Source: Caulobacter sp. (GTDB taxonomy: Bacteria; Pseudomonadota; Alphaproteobacteria; Caulobacterales; Caulobacteraceae). Taken from it: a stretch of DNA of 64,000 bases. Location of the stretch: assembly GCF_049283275.1 (NCBI RefSeq), contig NZ_JBAPVS010000142.1, positions 31,752-95,751 of the forward strand, read 5' to 3'. The notes under the pieces were generated by a model. It was not told where the DNA came from. It was given only the letters and a program-made list of their open reading frames with translations, and made no database searches. Made by a program: the position numbers and the translations under genes. How positions within the stretch are numbered: position 1 is the first letter of the stretch; each line of letters opens with the position of its first letter. Shown here in pieces: positions 60,990-64,000 of this stretch.

Positions 60990-62171
60990 TTAGACGCGCT
61001 CGACGATCAGGGCGATCCCCTGCCCTCCGCCGATGCACATGGTGGCCAGGCCGTAACGCCCCTGGACGCGCTGCAACTCGTGCACCAGCTTGGCGGCGAT
61101 GATCGCGCCGGTCGCTCCGACCGGGTGACCCAACGAGATGCCGCTTCCGTTGGGATTGGTCTTGGCCGGATCAAAGCCGAGCGCATCCGCGACCGCGCAA
61201 GCCTGCGAGGCAAAGGCCTCGTTCGACTCGATCACATCCATGTCGGACACCGATAGACCGGCCCGGGCCAGCGCCGCCTCGACGGCGGGGACTGGACCCA
61301 TGCCCATGAAATTGGGGTCCACGCCCGCATGACCATAGGCGACGATCCGCGCCATGGGCTCGAGCCCCTGGCGCGCAATGGCGGCCTCGTTCGCCAGGAC
61401 GAGGGCGGCGGCGGCGTCGTTGATGCCCGAAGCGTTGCCGGCCGTGACCGTCCCGCCCTCCCGAAAGATCGTACGAAGCTTCGCAAGGTCGGCGGCCTGG
61501 GTGTCGCCGCGCACATGTTCGTCCACCTCGAACGTCCTGACGGCCTTGCCCGCCTTCACCTCGACGGGAACGATCTGGGACGTGAAACGCCCCTCCGTGA
61601 TCGCCTGGGCGGCACGCCGATGGCTTTCGGCGGCATAGGCGTCCTGACGCTCGCGACCCACGCCATGCCGCTCGGCGACATTTTCAGCGGTCACCCCCAT
61701 GAGGCCGCCGCCGAACGGGTCGGTCAGCGCCCCGTTTAGGCCGTCGATGAGCATCGCGTCGCCCATCTTCTGCCCCCAACGCGTCGCCGGGGCGAAATAG
61801 GGCGCACGGCTCATCACTTCGGCGCCGCCCGCGACCGCCACCTCGGCGTCTCCCAGCATGAGCATCTGCGCCGCCGAGACGACGGCCTGAAGTCCGGATC
61901 CGCACAAGCGGTTGAGCGTCATGGCGGGGACGCTCTGCGACAGTCCCGCCTCCAGCGTCGCGATGCGCGCCAGATAAGCGTCGCGCGGTCCGGTGGGGAT
62001 CACCTGGCCGAAGACGACATGACCAACTGACGACGGATCGATCCGGCCGGTCTCAAGCACGTCGCGCGTGACCAAGGCGGCAAGCTCACTGGGGTTCCTG
62101 TCTTTAAGCGAACCGCCGAATGCGCCGATCGCCGTGCGGCGAGCGGCGACGATGAACACCGGGGCCGTCAT
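60990..62171 (-). CDS. bktB: beta-ketothiolase (acetyl-CoA C-acyltransferase), BktB type
   Basis: PRDAYLARIA, NRLCGSGLQA, NEAFA, GHPVGATG, CIGGGQG. Confidence 0.88.
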   Translation of the reverse strand: MTAPVFIVAARRTAIGAFGGSLKDRNPSELAALVTRDVLETGRIDPSSVGHVVFGQVIPTGPRDAYLARIATLEAGLSQSVPAMTLNRLCGSGLQAVVSAAQMLMLGDAEVAVAGGAEVMSRAPYFAPATRWGQKMGDAMLIDGLNGALTDPFGGGLMGVTAENVAERHGVGRERQDAYAAESHRRAAQAITEGRFTSQIVPVEVKAGKAVRTFEVDEHVRGDTQAADLAKLRTIFREGGTVTAGNASGINDAAAALVLANEAAIARQGLEPMARIVAYGHAGVDPNFMGMGPVPAVEAALARAGLSVSDMDVIESNEAFASQACAVADALGFDPAKTNPNGSGISLGHPVGATGAIIAAKLVHELQRVQGRYGLATMCIGGGQGIALIVERV

Positions 62172-62272
62172 GCCTTCACCCCGCACTGGCTCAACACCAT
62201 GGCGAGCGCCGCGTCCAGGCCGCCGCCTGCGCCCGTGACGATCGCCACGCGGCTCAATGGATCGATCCCCAT
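62168..62272 (-). pseudogene. internally deleted SDR oxidoreductase (34 codons)
   Basis: GAAAGGA RBS, then MGIDPLSRVAIVTGAGGGL (SDR TGxxxG start) fused to DAALAMVLSQCGVKA*. The stop overlaps the thiolase ATG (ATGA). Confidence 0.75.
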
Positions 62273-62524
62273 ATTCCGTTCCTTTCGATGGTCATCAGTA
62301 TTGGGCGTCCGCCTTGGGAGAGGCGCTGGACGGTTGCGGCGCGAAGCTGCGAAGGGGCCGCCGGTCTGGGCCATCACGACCCCTGAGACCCAGCCGGGAA
62401 AACCACGGCTGACGAGCAGGCAAGCAAACCGACCAAGCGTTTTAGTCTCTCCCCGAAATCTTGGCGCCGGTGTTTTCCGTGGCGGTTGAAGCGGACCATC
62501 CTCCGGCCTCACCTTCCCGTCAAC

Positions 62525-62537
62525 ATTGCACGACAAT
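62525..62537 (-). promoter_or_regulatory. putative GntR operator copy 2 (ATTGCACGACAAT) abutting -35 TTGACG
   Basis: Minus strand reads ATTGTCGTGCAAT-g-TTGACG toward the SDR/thiolase genes. Confidence 0.65.
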
Positions 62538-62785
62538 ACATGTCGAATTGAGTTACCAGAGGCCTTATGAGCGCGCAGGCGACCAAGGCCTGCGGGCGCC
62601 GCGGTCGCGCGCAGGATGGACTATCTGAGCGATGGACCGGCCGTGCACGACCCTCTTGCGCGCGGGCGGCTGGAATCAGGTCCACGTCCCGGCGCCGACC
62701 CGCCAGGTCGCCACAGGACCTTCAAATGCCCTGTGCCCCTTCTTCAATTTCTGAGACCCATCCGAAGAAGAACAATTGCGCTAGT

Positions 62786-62807
62786 TTTGTCGTACAATCT
62801 ATTGACA
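62786..62807 (+). promoter_or_regulatory. putative GntR operator copy 3 (TTTGTCGTACAAT) plus -35 TTGACA
   Basis: TTTGTCGTACAAT-cta-TTGACA, 60 nt upstream of the MFS start. Confidence 0.65.
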
Positions 62808-62867
62808 CCCCTCGTGCGTGAATGGTGTCCTCCCTCCAAGCGTCGTCCAGAACGCCAGGGAGAGCGA

Positions 62868-64000
62868 ATGTCAGCCTCGGATGTTTCCGCCAACAAACCG
62901 AACCTCAAGGTTGCGGTGATGGCTTCGGCGGGCGCCGCGGTGGAATGGTACGACTTCTTCATCTACGGGACGGCCGCCGCGTTGGTCTTTCCCCATCTGT
63001 TTTTTCCGGCTGACCTCCCCCCTTTCGTGGCGCAGATCGCCTCCTTCAGCACTTTTGCGGTGGGCTTCATCGCTCGGCCGGTCGGCGGGATGCTCTTTGG
63101 ACATTTTGGCGACATCCACGGCCGCAAACGCGTGCTGGTCGCGGCGATGCTGATCATGGGCCTTTCGACCACGCTGATCGGCCTGTTGCCGAGCTATGCC
63201 AGCATTGGCGCTTGGGCGCCGCTGCTGCTGGTGCTGCTGCGTTTCGCCCAAGGCCTGGCGGTCGGCGGACAATGGGGCGGCGCGGCGCTGCTGGCGATCG
63301 AGAGCGCGCCGGCCGATCGGCGCGGTTTCTACGGCAGCTTCGTGCAGGTCGGCGTGCCTCTCGGCGTGGTGCTCGCCAATTCGGTTTTCCTGGTGGTCAG
63401 CGCCCTCAGCACCGAAAGCGCTTTCATGGCCTGGGGCTGGCGAATCGGTTTCGTGCTGAGCGTTCTGCTGATCGTGATCGCCATTGTCGTCCACTTCGGC
63501 GTTACCGAATCCGTGGCCGACAGCGTTTCCGAAGCGACCGCGGAACGGCGCCGGTCACCGCTGGCGGAGGCGGCGCGAGACCATTGGCGTCAGATCCTGC
63601 TCGCCGGCGGCGCGTTCGTCGCCAACAACACCTGCTTCTACATCGCCATCACCTATGCGGTGGCCTACGGCACGACGCGGGTGGGGATCGATCGCGACCT
63701 GCTTCTGTTCGCGGTCATGGCGGCCAACGTCCTGATGATCCCGGCTCTGCTGGGCTGCGGCGCCCTGTCCGACCGATACGGCCGACGTGGTATTTTCCTG
63801 ATCGGCGCATTCCTGTCGGGGCTCTGGGCGTTCGCGGTGTTCCCGCTGCTGGAGAACGCCTCTCCCCTCGCCGTCCTGGCCGCGATCGCCGTCCAACTGC
63901 TGTTCGTCAGCATGATGTATGGACCGCAGGCGGCGCTGTTCGCCGAACTCTTTCCCAGGTCGGTGCGCTATTCCGGCGCGTCGCTCGGCTATCAGATCGG
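62868..64000 (+). CDS. MFS transporter, MHS (ShiA/ProP-like) family, 3'-truncated by window
   Basis: GGGAGAG RBS; MSASDVS...AVEWYDFFIYGTAAALVF...ARPVGGMLFGHFGDIHGRK...GGQWGGA...ELFPRSVRYSGASLGYQI. Not in the ORF track because it runs off the window. Confidence 0.93.
   Translation, partial: MSASDVSANKPNLKVAVMASAGAAVEWYDFFIYGTAAALVFPHLFFPADLPPFVAQIASFSTFAVGFIARPVGGMLFGHFGDIHGRKRVLVAAMLIMGLSTTLIGLLPSYASIGAWAPLLLVLLRFAQGLAVGGQWGGAALLAIESAPADRRGFYGSFVQVGVPLGVVLANSVFLVVSALSTESAFMAWGWRIGFVLSVLLIVIAIVVHFGVTESVADSVSEATAERRRSPLAEAARDHWRQILLAGGAFVANNTCFYIAITYAVAYGTTRVGIDRDLLLFAVMAANVLMIPALLGCGALSDRYGRRGIFLIGAFLSGLWAFAVFPLLENASPLAVLAAIAVQLLFVSMMYGPQAALFAELFPRSVRYSGASLGYQI

Overview
High-GC alphaproteobacterial chromosome segment, most like Caulobacter (judged from SodC sequence, gene order and codon style; not verified by search). 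The conserved core (about 8.6-58.6 kb) carries guaA-rsmB-like-MAPEG-guaB, a K+ channel, rlmE, ppx-like, hspQ, phhA, an acyltransferase/LytTR pair, an arginine succinyltransferase (ast) operon, tamAB, a circularly permuted ATP-grasp/alpha-E/transglutaminase triad, cysTWA, tRNA-Lys(UUU), tgt-queA, three cyclophilins, GH43, coaD, gyrA, sodC and bioA/bioF/bioD. It is flanked by two accessory-looking regions. The left one (1-8575) begins at the guaA 3' end behind a very AT-rich att-like junction and carries a subclass-B3 metallo-beta-lactamase-like gene coupled to an OprB porin, DUF2541 and DUF4239 proteins, a NarL-type two-component pair and a LysR. The right one (about 58.6-64 kb) is a partly decayed GntR-associated catabolic cluster (serine hydrolase, BktB thiolase, internally deleted SDR, MHS transporter) in which a 13-bp operator-like motif occurs three times. 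Best candidate novel signals: the GntR operator triplet, three phased direct repeats between a membrane LytTR regulator and an OpgC-like acyltransferase, the MBL-porin operon in a guaA-anchored island, and a poly-Gln-tailed transglutaminase in the ATP-grasp triad. All family calls are from motif recognition, not database searches.
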